From NCBI GenBank assembly GCA_905178155.1, contig CAJINV010000002.1, positions 4,769,709 to 4,833,708 of the forward strand: a DNA stretch of 64,000 nt, given 5' to 3'. Below the pieces are notes generated by a model. It saw only the letters and a program-made list of their open reading frames with translations, was not told where the DNA came from and made no database searches. The position numbers and the translations under genes were made by a program. Origin of the DNA: Amoebophrya sp. A120. Lineage: Eukaryota > Protista > Dinoflagellata. This document shows, one piece after another, positions 1 through 12,810 of the stretch (position 1 is the first letter of the stretch; every line of letters begins with the position of its first letter).

Positions 1-1465
1 ACCGCGGCTGAAGGAAAATAAAGAAAACGTCAGCGCGAGGCAGGAGAGGATCAGGGCGGAGGTAGAAGATCCGTGCTGGCGGAGTTCGAACCCGGAGACA
101 TGACCCTTGTCGTGCTCTTCTCGATACAACAAGCGACCCCGCCTCCGAGCCCGAGAGGGGCCGCGGAGTGGGAATGTCATCCAGCTATTATCATCCGACT
201 ACTGGCGCGGGCGCCGGCGGCGGGATTTTTATATTTATATCCTCCGCAGAAGTTGGAGGCTGGAAAATGATCCAAAAAAGGAGGACGCGTGTTGGTCCGA
301 TCTCGTTTTTGAAATCACAATTGCCCACGCGTGATGTAAAGTACTTGCCCTTCCTGAAAGCAGGTAACGAGCACCAAGGAGCGTTTCTCTTCAAGATCGT
401 CTTCGTCACGACACGAAATGAAAAACACGACAACTAGCTCTCGCTGGTGGAGCCAAACGATCGTCATGCTGGGAGCCCATAGGAAAAAAAAGGAGCAAGG
501 GTAACTTTGTATCAAGGGGGATCTGCTCGACGTCGAGTGAGGATCATGCTCATGCGAATAGGAATAATCATGATCAACTATACATCAGGCGATCTTCACC
601 TTCACGATCTTTCTCAAAGCTTGTTCACCTGAAATTTTTTGAAATCATGTCTACCTTCGAACAAAACCAGAGTAGGGGCTTGCTCGGTGCGAACGCCACA
701 AACTTTATCTGTGAGGCAACGCGGACCCACAAACTAAAACTTCAGCACGAATAAACAAAAGGAGCTTAGTTGCTGTACAACATGCGCGTCAAGATGGAAG
801 ATATTATTTTGTCAACTTATGTTGAATCAATAGAGAAGATATTATTTTGTCAATCAATGTCGTCTTTATTTGTTTTCTTTTTGTTTCTGTCTTTTTCTCG
901 ACCGAGAAAGTCGAAGCAGCTTCAGTCAGAGACCAGGTTTCTTTTTCAATCCGCCAGTGAAAAAAAGTCGACTGCCTGGACACAATTCGATGCTATTCGA
1001 GGAAAATGAACGAGCTTGTCCTTCTACTTGTCGTCGTGGTAAGAAATCGTCCTCTGGAAGCGAAATGATGGCAAAAAGCCGCAGCGGTAGCCTTGTGTGG
1101 GAGAAGATCAAGTCGACACCAATCGCCAGGCGCCGGCGCGGAATATCATGGAGAAAAATCGTCTCAGGAGGTGTCTTCCGCAAGATGAACACATCTTCTT
1201 CGTCAGGTCTTCCGCATACATACTGCATCACGAATCACCGCTTTGGTGTGAAAATCATTCGCCCATGATCACACATTGACATTTCTTCGCCAGGTTACAA
1301 AAGCATAGTTGTTGTATGCAAGTAAGCAATTCAGCGCAAACACACATATGGAATATTATCAACTGAAGTAGATGACACAGCCGATACATTCTACGTTTTC
1401 ATACCAGAGAGCACTGTGGCCGCCCCCGCCCCCGCGGCTGTTGTATTCTTCATCTGCCCGGCGTT

Positions 1466-3454
1466 TTATCGAATGCAAATATGTCTGGGTCTGGAAGAAT
1501 GCGAGACTTGTCATGCTTGTCTGGCATGACCAAAAAGTTTGTGATGCGTGTCCAAGAAGAGACCCTTTTGCTTGTCATGCAAAACCGCAGTCTGTCATGC
1601 GAAAAACGTAGCACAAAGAAGCGCAGATATTTCTCATGCTTGCCTGTGCATTACAGAGCACTCATTATTCCCCCAGCGCAGCATTACAAGTTTCCAGACC
1701 CAGACATTTTTGCAACCCATACGTTTCTTTCTAAAACCAAAGGCTTCCACCCTTCCGTGTCGGCCATGAGCTTTTCGTTGTAATCCATATGGCGTTCTCA
1801 ATTGTTACATTCTCAACTGTTACATGATTTGTCATGCAGAATCGCCTTGACTATGAACGCCACCAAGCTGCTTCGCATGGCAAATTCTCAGACGGCCAAA
1901 CAGGCTGAGAATCTGTGCCAAATCTATCATGCACGACGCGCAAGGTCCTTCCTTTCACTTTTGCTACTCTTGCATTACAAATCTGTGTAACAGTTGAGGA
2001 TGTAACAGTTGAGAACGCCATAATCCATGACTTCTACTTTGACCACGTCTACCAGAATGTCGCACCGCGCTTGGTCCAAGGGTACAATCACCGCGACGCC
2101 CTTCGCGACGATCCACCCGCCTTTCCCCTTTTGGTCCTCCCACGTGACCGAAACCTTGTTGCTGTTGTTGGTGATTTCCTGCACCTTGCGCGTGTTGGTC
2201 CGCGTGTTCAGCTTTATGCTGGTGAAATCGTTGGAGATCCCCCGCGGGACGACGAGTCTTCAGTAATGGAGGGAAAAAAAAAATCTAGCGAGTGTGAAGT
2301 AGAGCGGGAGGAGACGATGAAATGTTGTTTCTCTTTCGTTTCTATCTGCACGACTTTATTCTGGAGGACATACGGCGTCCCTACAACAAGTTCTACTCAT
2401 ACACGTCAACAGTGATCCTACTGCGAGAACAACCATTCTCTCCGGGTAGCAAGGGTAATATCACGTGCTCCTGCAACTGGGACTGTTCCTGTTTTCACTG
2501 ATACTTGTTCAAGGAAGAAGTAGTACAAATCCAAGCACATCTTCTTCTGCAAGAACGCATTCAATACAAAGACGAAAGAGTATTTGTGTTCCTCACACTC
2601 ACAACCGTACGACGCAAGAAGATCTTGCAGTTTGGATACGAGCTCGGGAAGGCGTTTTCGTCCAAGGTGATCAGCGAGACCGGGTGAATGCCGTTTTTTC
2701 CGTTGTCATCGTGATAAGGTATTCGGTCGATCACCTTGAACATGCGCCGGATGATCTCGTCGATGTTGGTAATCATGTCGCTATCTTGCACTTGAATATC
2801 GTGTTTTTCCTTGTTTTTACCTAATTGAAGAACAATCTCGTGGTCGTGGTCCTTTTCATCCGAGGTATATGACGATGGGAAAAAATCAGGTGCAGCAGCC
2901 GGACCGACGACGTCCACCTGAATTTCTACTTCGGCAGAAGAGGGAACCGGAACGTCCAGAGTCGTCGCAGGAACTGCTTGGGCTTGTGCAGCTGCTTCTT
3001 CCCCTTTCAAGAGAAACAGTTCTTCTGCCTCTTCAAGGGCGCCAGATGCCTCGACGCCCGTTATTTGCTGGCTAAACGAAAAACGCAGCTGCGAAAGCAG
3101 ATTCAGATTCAAGAGAATAAAGAGCGTTAGTAGTGCTGGTTGTTTCCTGCTCCCGCTTGCCAACGTCTTGACTACAGCAAACCAACGCGGGTTATAATGT
3201 TGCGCGACAGAGCAAAACGCCGCCGTGGTACAGGCACAGCAGGCGTTGCTGGACGAGGTGTTGATAGCCAGGGTCTTTTCCTGTACTTGCGGCATCGACA
3301 GACAAGAGCTAAAAATCACTAGAGTTGTTTTTCCTGGACACCATCTGCAGCCACAGTGTGAAAGCAAATCATCGCAGCTGCAAGCGTTGAAACAGGGTGG
3401 TGATAGAATTGGGTATTTACTTCTGGCTCTCAATCGGAATCCATGTAGTGGCAT
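1466..3454 (-). CDS. Pyridoxamine 5'-phosphate oxidase-like / general stress protein 26-like FMN-binding split-barrel protein, multi-exon
   Basis: ORF 2561-3454 joins via a GT-AG intron (2258-2639) and the introner at 1788-2022 to give VSLITLDENAFPSS-LVVPRG-NDFTSIKLNTRTNTRKVQEI-KVSVTWED-GWIVAKGVAVIV-VEVMDYNEKLMADTEGWKPLVLER. This fits the PNPOx-like pattern (LxTxdxxGxP, TxxxTRKVxEI, VsvxW). Start codon uncertain; the last exon depends on the 1475-1713 intron boundary (stop at 1466 or 1450). Confidence 0.65.
1475..1713. mobile_element. Introner/MITE family A, copy 1
   Basis: TIR gcaaatatgtctgggtctggaa / ttccagacccagacatttttgc; flanks aat/aac (alternative DR tgcaa); internal TGTNATGC motifs. 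Confidence 0.9.
1788..2022. mobile_element. Introner family B, copy 1 (235 bp)
   Basis: TIR of about 37 bp, tatggcgttctcaa...ttgagaacgccata; perfect TSD atcca; removing 240 nt joins VEVMDY to NEKLM in frame. Confidence 0.93.
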
Positions 3455-4284
3455 TTACCAAAAACAAAACTTCAAAAAACGTTTTACCAGCGAGGGGAAG
3501 GGTTCTACAAATTGGGATCGATCGCGGTTGACTGCAAAAAGAAAAATTGCAGCGAGACCAGGTAGGAGACGTCAATGGAAAACGCGATTCCAAGAACATG
3601 AGCATGACCAACATCTGAGGATCTAGATCTGTTGTTGTGAAAAAGGTACTCTCACTCTTGCCTGTTTCTCGTGATGGGAAATAGGACCGATCTTGCTCTC
3701 GAGGAGATCATATTGCGCGGTGCTGTTCCTTTAGGATCATCCACACAGAATGGATACTTGCCAGTACAACCTCTTCGCATGCAAACTGGTGTCTACAACA
3801 GTTGAAACTGCAGCTCGTAGAACTTGAAGTAAAAACCGATCTGTTGGTGGCCGAAACCAAACAATGTTCTTGAAAAGGACCCCTAGCTCCAGAGGAGTAC
3901 TACCTTAGGAACGGAGCACTAGACTCAGACTCCGATACCAGGAAATCTGAATCATACCCGCGGTAAGAATCTTCTTTCGCTCTTATACATCAAAAACCTC
4001 GTTGCGCGGGCAGCCTTGCCCCTGTGGGAAGAATAAAGGCGTAATCTTTGCAAAAAAATGTTGTAGTCAATCTTGTTGACGACACACATCGAGCTTTGTT
4101 CACAGTGTATATTGAGGCTACTTCTACTTCGGAGAAGTACTACTGTACTGACTCTACTTTGCGTGAAAAATGACTTTCGGATAGCTTCTTGCATTCAGGA
4201 TTTTTGATTTCCATTTCCTATGATTCCAAGTCCTACTGGAGGAACCCTTACCTGTCAAACTGACTAGAATTTCAAGCAATCGCA

Positions 4285-7214
4285 TCATGATTTAGATGGG
4301 TTGGCTCTTTGCATAGTGTACGATCTTTCACTCTTTTTCTTTGTTCTCCTTGCATGCAAAGAGGATCTCTTTACAGTATCTTTTCTCATAGTCCACGTCC
4401 ACCTACAGGAGCATGATTTGAAGTTACAGTTTCGCACGGTACTATCATTGAAGCACGACGCCGGTCCTTGCTGCTTCACTTCGCCCGCGTCGCGGAGCTG
4501 GCCCGTCGTCGCAGGTTATTATTCCCCTTGTTTTTTCCTGCACCGCTGCCGCCCTTCGCCGGATGTATCGTCTGCTTGACTTCCGCCAGGGTTACCAGCT
4601 GCTCGCGGATTTTGTTCTCCAACTTTTTCGCGAACTGGTATGCCTCGTGGATCTCGATACGATATGCAACAGAGTGAATCAGACGCAACAGATATCTAGT
4701 CTATCTCGGTGATACAGATTTTTCTCGTTTTGCAGTAAAACGTAGAAAAACAACATACTAATACGATACGTTCAAGAAGGCTCCATGAGGATCATCCACG
4801 ACAAGAGCGCGTTTCTACTACAAGACCGGCTGCCACCAAAAGGAAAAAAGACTAGAGCCATCCTCAACATCGACTGGTTCTTGCGTCTGCTCTTTTATTT
4901 GCAACCCATGCCATATCTTACGCGCCCGCTCCGTTTCTACCGGCAGCCAACACGGGTTTTCTTTCTTCGGCTTGTCGCCCGGGGCAGCGGAAAACCTGTC
5001 GATTGATTGTGTGTTCCTTTGCAGTCTTGTTTAGACAGCCGATTCATAAATTCCTAGAAACGGACAAAACTGCAAACGCAAGGTCAATCTCAATGCGTGT
5101 GGACGACGACGAGTTGTACAAACTACAGAAGTATATTAAAAATACCGTCGCTTCTTGGCTTTCCTGGCCTTCAGCTTTTCCGCGGGACTGTTCGGATCCG
5201 GTTTGGCAAACGGGTCGCGCTGCTCCTCGTACCGGGACTTGAGGGCCTTATACCGTTTGTCCAGAATTGTCAGGGTAATGTGCTCCATTTCGGTCTCGTT
5301 GGCCAACTTCACGCAGTAGACCGCGAGCCGGTTCCGCTCAACCTGCTCCGAGCTAAACTGCACACGGTAGCTGATGCCCAGCTTCAGTTCGCGCGCCCAC
5401 TGGTTCATCTCGGAAAGCTGTAGTTTTTTGCGACCGTAATCTGTATTCTCTTGAGCCAGATATTAATTGATCTGTAGCTGTGCAAAAAATTGTCCATACT
5501 CTATTGCTCCTGGCAAGAACTCGCTCAGGAAAGTAACAGGGACACACGTTGCTGGTGAGTGAGGGCGAATCGAAATGAGACAAGACAACCAGAAGAAGTA
5601 GTTGTGACCACATCCACAACTTCTACAGCTCCGTCCGTTCGTCCTTGTGGTTGCGCATTGGTGTTGACGCAACATTTTAAAGATCGGTTGGAAAAATTCG
5701 CCGGACATCTATCAACAGCTTCTTCGTAATCGTACCTTGATCAGGATGTGGTACTCCAACTCTTTCACTTTCAACTGCATCAGTTTGTTCTCCTCTTTTT
5801 CCTTCTCCTCGCGCGTTTTCCGCTGCTCAATCAGGTGCTGCCGTGCGGATTTGGGCCGCCCCTCTGCACTACGTGGCCGCTTGCTCCCGGCCTCTTTCGC
5901 TTCGGCCTGATGGAAAGAAGATCAAAAATAGTATCATATCAATTCTATTCTACCTGCAACACAGAAACACATAGTTCATGTTGCACATGAAGGCCATGCA
6001 GAGCGATGTAAAAGTAAACTGATGCATGCCCGATTGAAACCCAGGTCCTTTCTTTTTGATGTTTTTTAGCAATCGATCCTACCAAAAAAAGACTAAAAAG
6101 AGTCCATGAAGATCAAGCACCGCCAACATCAAGCAAGTCAAAGTCATGCAAGGCACACCACATATGAGAATCGAAATCTGTACCATCCGCTCGGCCCGCG
6201 CCTTGACTTCCTCGAAGCCCGTTTCTCCCAAGGAGTGCCCGGCGGCCGTCTTTGGTCGCAGCGATTTGTTGCTCCTGTCTCCAGCACCTCCGCCTCCACC
6301 ACCCAACCCGCTGCTACTCGCGGAGTGCTTGAAGAGCTGGCCAAACAGCAGTATGGCGTTCTCAACTGTTACATTCTCAACTGTTACATGGACTTGTGAT
6401 GCAAGAATGGGAAAAGTGAAAGGGGGGGCATTACGCGTCTTGCATGACAGATTTGGCAGAGATTATCATCCTGTTTGGCCCTTCCAGGATTTGTCATGCA
6501 GAGCAGCTTGATCGTGTAGATGATCATGGTGCTTTTGCATGACAAATCATGTAACAGTTGAGAATGTAACATTTGAGAACGCCATAAGCAGCGGCGCCGC
6601 GTTCGAACTGGCCCGGGAGTCCGCGGTCCCAAGCTCGCTCTGCATGGAGAGCCGGTTTTTGTGCTGCGACGACGTTTTTGATGAACTTTGCCCCCGTGGT
6701 CTGCTGCTCGTGGTCGTGTATGCAAGAGAAGGGCAAATACTTGTTCATAGCTGGGTCGATGCATTCGCCAAACTGGATGGGGAGAAACCACTTGGAGGAC
6801 CACCAGTCCCAGTGGGATCGTGTGCCCACGCATGAAAAGTGGTGGGAATGACCGAATGTATTATATACTCATCGAATTCGTCCCTTTGGTCGTCCTCTAC
6901 CTGTATACCGTAAACACATTTTTCGTGAAGCAGCAACACAAAGCGTCTTCAGTAAGCTTGACCGCCTCTACTGATCCCTCCAGACAATGACAATGTTGTA
7001 TTTGCACTCGATACTCTGGTCCTCGGGCTGCCCGACGCGCCCGCGTTTTCTCCGAAGTAATCATCATCGTCCTCGCTTGCACTATGGATCGCAAAAGTCG
7101 TTGTGTGCGTGTTTCCGTTTCGCATTCGGATTCGCACGTACAACTTGCATGACAAATTATTGAAAATGCAATTCGCCAGGTTGAAGTGCTTCTACTAAAT
7201 TTACTTAAGATCAT
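4285..7214 (-). CDS. Multi-exon hypothetical coiled-coil protein (boundaries approximate)
   Basis: In-frame joins across the introners at 6719-6907 and 6352-6586 and a GT-AG intron near 5907-6183 (RAERM/AEAKEAG). Further exons at ORFs 5136-5408 and 4476-4688; some junctions unresolved. Confidence 0.5.
6352..6586. mobile_element. Introner family B, copy 2 (235 bp), inverted relative to copy 1
   Basis: TIR tatggcg(ttctcaactgttaca)x2; perfect TSD agcag; interior is the reverse complement of 1788-2022; removal gives NAAPLLFGQLF. Confidence 0.93.
6719..6907. mobile_element. Degenerate TAT...ATA introner
   Basis: Ends tatgcaagag / cctgtata; flanks tcgtg/ccgta; removing 194 nt restores frame (NVFT-ATSSRP) and removes an in-frame TGA. 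Confidence 0.55.
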
Positions 7215-7785
7215 TCAATGTTCCGGTACTGCGGCATCTTGTGCGGACAGACACGGCACGAGTTTCGCACAGGATACGCACTTGCAGAAGAAGCCATTGC
7301 GTTTCCGCCTTCGGCTATGGACAAGGAAGAAAGTTGTTTCACTGTATCGAAAGTTAGCCACTTCGTGCCACGTATTTGCAAGGAGGATTTCAGTTTTCTT
7401 TACAAAGAAACCACTCCAGCACTCCGTGGATGAAATTGCAGAACTTCTGACTTATTCTCTTTGTTTGTCGTCCAAAAGAATTGAACCTCTCCTACCAAAT
7501 GCGGAAAGCTCGTCGTCACAGTGAAAAGACTTCTTCCCTCTTCTTGTGCGATATCCGTGTAGTATTTGAAGTGGTTGTTTCCCATCTTGAAGTACTTCTT
7601 TATTGCGGGAAAAAACTTTAAGTGCGTCAGTGAATAAAAAATTGCGGTGCGATGCAACCAAAAGATCAACTCTCTCTAGCTTGTCATTTACCGGAACTGC
7701 AGACCACGTAGTCAAAAACTGAGTACTGCTACTGCACCACAAGTTCTGCCATGCAAATTTCCACGACTAACGCACGTGTAAATAT

Positions 7786-10700
7786 TTATTTTTCCCAGTG
7801 CATACTGTTCTGGTCGTAGGCACTGTTTTCCGGGAGCAGCGAGAAGGCGCTGCGGCCAAAGGCGGAAGACGTGGAGACCAAAGACTGCTGGTGCTGCGCG
7901 GCGGGATTCAATTTAATACCACTGTTCCTCGCGCCGCTCGGAAATATTTCAGCGGCTCCCTGCGGTCCCTTGTTAGTCGGATCGACCTCCGCTGATGTGT
8001 CCCTCTCGTTGAGACCCGTAGCTGCCGATGAAGTTCTTGCACTACCAGGTCCTCCTGCCGAGGAGGACCCGAAGCCTCCGAAGGTCGCACTGAGCGGCGG
8101 CCGGGTCCGCGGGCGGGCGGAGGCGGCAGCGGTTGACGGCAGGTGGCTGTTGTTCATGCTGAAGGTCAGGGCGTGCGAGTTCTTCTGGAAAAACAGGCTT
8201 GTCTTGTGGCTGCTGCCCGAGGACGAGGAGGACGAGAGTCGCTGGTTGATGGAGGTGTCCGGTTTTTGATTCGTCCCTTTGCTGCATGCATTGCAAAAAC
8301 AACACCGTCTACGTGCAGTAGTACGCAGAGGACGCAACAGCTGCTTCTACACCTAGCTACGAGCTACTGTAGAAATGTGTACTACGCAAAAGAATCAAAC
8401 AAACGCTTTGTGATGAAGAATGGTCGCGCGTCCGAAAGTGGTAGGTGTCGTGCCAGGGCGGGGAGGTACGGGAATCGGAATCGCCTTCGCCATCGTCGTT
8501 TGTTACTGTCAGATAAGTACAAACAGGAAACAGTCACTACGCAGGTCATGCTGTTCCTCTCTACTAGTATCGCTTCGTTCTACTTACACGTACACGGCGC
8601 ATGGACAAGGAGATCACATTTTCTTCCCAGGATAACATGTTGACACTCGTAGCTCCACCACTTGCTCCCTTTCGGGGTGTGTTCGTCGTCGATCCGGGCT
8701 TAGAGGAGCTCGCGCTACCTCCCCGGCTCCCCGTACTAGTCGGGCGCCCGCCGCCGAACAAGGCCCGCAGTTCGGGCCGAATAGCGTCAGTTCCGGATTT
8801 GTACTCCGGTGGGGTGGGACCTGCTTCTCCTGCAGTTGTTCTTGTTTTTGCATCTGTCTCCATCACTGGCGCACCCGTTCTTGTCGTTTCAGTGCTGTCC
8901 TTGACGCCGCTACTTAAAAATTCCGCCCGACCCCCCGAGGCCCGCGAAGATCCACCGCTGCCGGGACGGCTGCCCGGCCGACTGTTGCTCCGCGCGGAGG
9001 AAGTAGCGTTCTTCCCCTGCTGCTGCTTCGAAGTGCCGCTCGCTCCGCTTCTGGCTGAAAAAGGCTGAGAGGGTTTCCCTTCCGTGATCAGTTCCTGGTT
9101 GAAGATTAAAGTCGACAGGCCACTGCGTGCTCCTCCTCCGCCACCGCTGCCCGAGGCAGCAGTTCCGGCGACATCCTCTGGTGCTCCACCTCGAGAGCCA
9201 GCCGCTGTAACTGGTGGGTCTACGACTTGCGACGACCCGGAAAGTAGATGAGCGTCCCCTTTCAAGAAATCCGCAGCTTTCGTCAGAGACGGTTTGCGAG
9301 AATTTATCGTAAAGAAAAATCCCCCCTCCCCATATTGAAAACGCATCCGTCTGAAAATTTGTGATGCGCATTTGTGACCTCAAATCTTGTCTGTCTTGCA
9401 AGAAGGGAAGTCCAGAGAGCCCCCTGCATTTTGCAGGCGGTTTGTGATGCTGTTGGGCTTAGAGCATACACGTTTGTCATGCTAGGCGCCTACGTCAAAA
9501 CCTCTCGGCCGAGGCTTGACATATGCCCGCAGTCCTCTACTGCAAGACAAATCTGATTCGTGTACGGAAATCCAGCATCAGAAACTTCGTTTCGATATGG
9601 GGAGGGGGAATTTTTCCTCTTGATAGAATTCGCCCGGGAACCAGTTGCACTGGATGAGGTAGACGTAGCACCGCTGGTCGCGCCTAACAGATCGCGGATC
9701 ACATTGTTTCTATTTGTTGAAACACTGATGTCCGAGGTGGCGGGTTCCTTTTGATGCTGCGACAACACGGGTCTTTGTTGTTCCGGCTCCGCTTCAGCTT
9801 CATGATCAACTGCAGCAGGTGGCCGTGACGTTGCAGCAGCTGGAGCGGTCTTTCCGGTTTCATGATCTTGCAGAAGCGGAGATTTACCTTCATCTTCCGC
9901 AAGTCTGTTCGGTCCGCTGTTCGCACCTGAGGAGGATGTGCATGCACCAGCGGGAACTCCTTGTTCTACCTGGTTTTCTTCTCTCATCTCTCCCTTCTGC
10001 AACTCGCGCATGAGCCGCTCGGGCTCGAACGGAACGGGCTTGCTCGGATCGCGGGGTGACCGATTCGCTGTCGCAGTGACGGCCGCGACATGAAGATCTT
10101 CTTTTGTGGATCTTCCAATCCCCCGCCGTGTTTGCTCCCCTGCACTAGCGTTCGAAACTTCTAGAGGTTGTTGTGGATTGAAAATTTCCTCTTCGATCTC
10201 ATCCAACTGCTGCTCCGGCTGGAGCGTGTTGCAGCTTCTCCCCCCGCTCGGCGTAGCATTTGCTCCGCCCGGAAATTGGTGCGACGCGAGCTGGCCTTTA
10301 CCGCCCGTGGCAACGCCGGTATTCGGGGTACTCGAGCCCGAAGAGAGTGCGGAACCAGGTGCGCCGCCACCGCTCGCTCCAAAGGCCGTGACACGGTGCG
10401 CCATCTTCCCCGCCAGTTCGGTGATTGTCGTGCCGGCTTGGCTTATGAAAGCGCGCAACTCCCTGTCATTTGTGATGCAAGCTGCCGAATATTCCAGACC
10501 ATGACTTGCACTTGCCTTGAAGCACTTTACTTTGCATGCCAGTTTGTGGAATCCCAAGCATTACTGCAATCCGTCGTGGACTAACTTGTCATGCGGAACA
10601 AGCTACATGTGTGGCATAGCTTCTGCTGGTGCTCATGCCCTTCAAGTGACTGTGTGGGAGAGCTCGAGTTGTGCAAGCTCATATGGCTGCTACCGACCGT

Positions 10701-10935
10701 CGAGAGCATTTCCACCGCGTTCGCTTCATTCTGGTTTGTCGATGAAGAGAGCTCCGAGGTGAGATCAGAGGTTTGTTGCGGATAGCCCCCGGCTCCGTTT
10801 GGTAGAATCGCGCCAGGATTGCCTGGGGTAGTTGCTGCGGTCGTGGTGGTTCCCGCTACTTCGCTATGAGAGTGGAAAAAGCTCTTGCCGGAAAATGCGT
10901 TTCGATTTCGATTTTTTGCGCCAGTACGTAACTCT
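7786..10935 (-). CDS. Multi-exon Ser/Gly/Thr-rich low-complexity protein (5' end uncertain)
   Basis: ORFs 9490-10557, 8564-9346 and 7786-8337 linked by introners at 10444-10683 (GSSQ/AGTT) and 9305-9625 (RANS/RKPS); intron near 8290-8634 not exactly resolved. Confidence 0.7.
9305..9625. mobile_element. Introner family C, copy 1 (321 bp)
   Basis: TIR tatcgtaaagaaaaatcccccctccccatat / atatggggagggggaatttttcctcttgata; perfect TSD gaatt; removing 326 nt corrects the frameshift between the two long ORFs. Confidence 0.92.
10444..10683. mobile_element. TAT...ATA introner (240 bp)
   Basis: Imperfect TIR tatgaaagcgcgcaactc / gagttgtgcaagctcata; perfect TSD tggct; removing 245 nt is in frame. Confidence 0.85.
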
Positions 10936-12253
10936 TAATCTGGTCCTGGTGTCCTGCGCGTAATTATATGGACAATTGAAACAAACACACAAGGACTCGG
11001 GGCTGTTGAGTATGACCACTTGGCTTCACGAATATATTTATGAACATGATACAAACACAATTCTGATACTAGTAAGTAAGCTTTTCCCCTCTGTTACGCC
11101 CGGTTGGTGGCCAGCCCCGCTGCGCGGTCTGCGGCGTTCCGCAGAGCTTGGGAAACATTGGACGTGATGAGACAGAAAAAAGCTAGCATGTGACGTTTCA
11201 TCTTCGCATGCACGAACTGATCGAGTGAATGTGTGTGCTCTTGCGCAGGGCTGGTATTTTTGCCTCAAAAAAGCAAGAGCTACACAAGGGGCGGGCGGAG
11301 TACCAACCTGTTCCCGTCGAAATCAAGATTTTTGATTCTGTGTCTCTCTTGAAATATGGCATGCTAGACAATTTTCTTGTGCGATAGAGGTGGATCTAAG
11401 CTCGGTTGTAGAACTACTTGAAACCGCACTGCTCGCTGCTGCGTAGGGTATCTGTAGTGACAGATCAGGAGTTCAACTCGTGTGCTGCTGCGCTTGCGTT
11501 ACAGAATCGAATTTGCGTCGCGGCACGCTACTTCATTACACATTCACATGTACATGTGCAACCATTATCACCCAAAATAAACGAAAGCAAGCCCCTACTG
11601 TCAATCCTTCTATACCCGGCCCTCGAGCTGATTGCTCTCCGGCCTGCCACGATGAGACTCCGGCCTCCCCCGGTGCGACTCTGGTCGGCCGCGGTGCGAT
11701 TCCGGCCGCCCCCGTGGATTTGAAGAGTCCGGGCGGGTGTCAAGTGCAAATCATATCATGTCTGGAAACTTGCAGGCATCAGTCACCGGTTACCCACCAC
11801 TTTGTTTGATGTTGATCACGATCTGTCATGCATATAAACCGCCTACGACGTGAAGCATTTGCTTTGCCAGGGGACGCTTCATTCATTAAGGTTGAAGCTC
11901 ACTTTTGCCGTCAATAGAAGTACGTCTCCATTGAATCAGTCTCCTGAAAAAAGGTAGCAGGAGAGCCAGCCCCATCCTAACTGCAATTCGTATTTTTCGG
12001 AGTTTCTCGTTTTCCAGATCTCCCAGACATCTAATTTGCACTGCGTAGCGAGTACTGTGGTGCGACTCCGGGCGGCTGAGGGCGGAAATCGGCCGCTGAG
12101 ACATTTCCTGTTGGTGCTTCTCATACCTGACAGAATGTTAAAAATTAAGTATCGTTTTGTCATGCGGGACAGGCACGGTGAAGCCATGCTTCTATCTCTA
12201 TGCGAAATACAGCATGAGGAATAACCATAATTACGCTTCGCTGATTTTCCCTT

Positions 12254-12810
12254 CGAATTCTTCGGAGTCGTCCCCGTCATCGGACATAATGTAGCTGTCG
12301 TCCGACATCTTGTCCCGCGAAGAGGAGCTCTCCGGACCGACAAAGTATTGATCTCCTTAGTAGCGGGTGCCCTAGATGACACGAAACGGGCGCATGGTCA
12401 TGTTGCTCAAGAGATAACGATAATTGTGATGGCACACCCACAAGCACAACTACTGTCTTAAATGGTGCCACAAAAACAAAGAAATCACGCCATAAAGGAA
12501 GAGATAAAACAATTCGCTCTTCGTTTTTGCGGAAAAAAACACCACGACCGCGTTTACGCGCCCTCTTTGAATCCGTTTCGTCACGCGTGAATTAGGTGCC
12601 GCCGTAAGCAACTTATAGGTCCATGCTCCTCCATCAATACCTCGTGCGAGATGCGTCCACTGGAGTGACAACGATCAGAGGGGAGTGTTGAACTACAAGA
12701 GTGTTCTGCGGCTCTCGCTCTTGTCCGCGATCTACTTCATCTTTCTGATTCTCTGGCTGCCGGACACGTGTAAATGTAACTCACCACTTCCTCGTCGTCC
12801 ACACAAAGAC
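12254..12810. repeat. Mosaic dispersed duplication
   Basis: About 12254-12548 matches 20211-20488 (gagtcgtccccgtc..ggacataatgtagctgtcgtccgacatc...); about 12670-12810 matches 27747-27888 inside the HAD gene. Confidence 0.8.

Noticed and set aside
191-1268. Short ORFs at the window start
   Set aside because: No coherent spliced model or motif could be built
5136-5440. Faint similarity to the kinesin-3 stalk region (EMNQWARELK...LDKRYKALKSRY)
   Set aside because: No motor or FHA motifs nearby; too weak to call without a profile search
5450-5462. cttgagcca resembling the reverse complement of the dinoflagellate spliced leader 3' end
   Set aside because: Only 9 nt match, inside an intron; expected by chance
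6745-6747. In-frame TGA suggesting stop-codon reassignment or selenocysteine
   Set aside because: It falls inside the probable introner 6719-6907, and the stop-free 3856-codon ORF indicates the standard code
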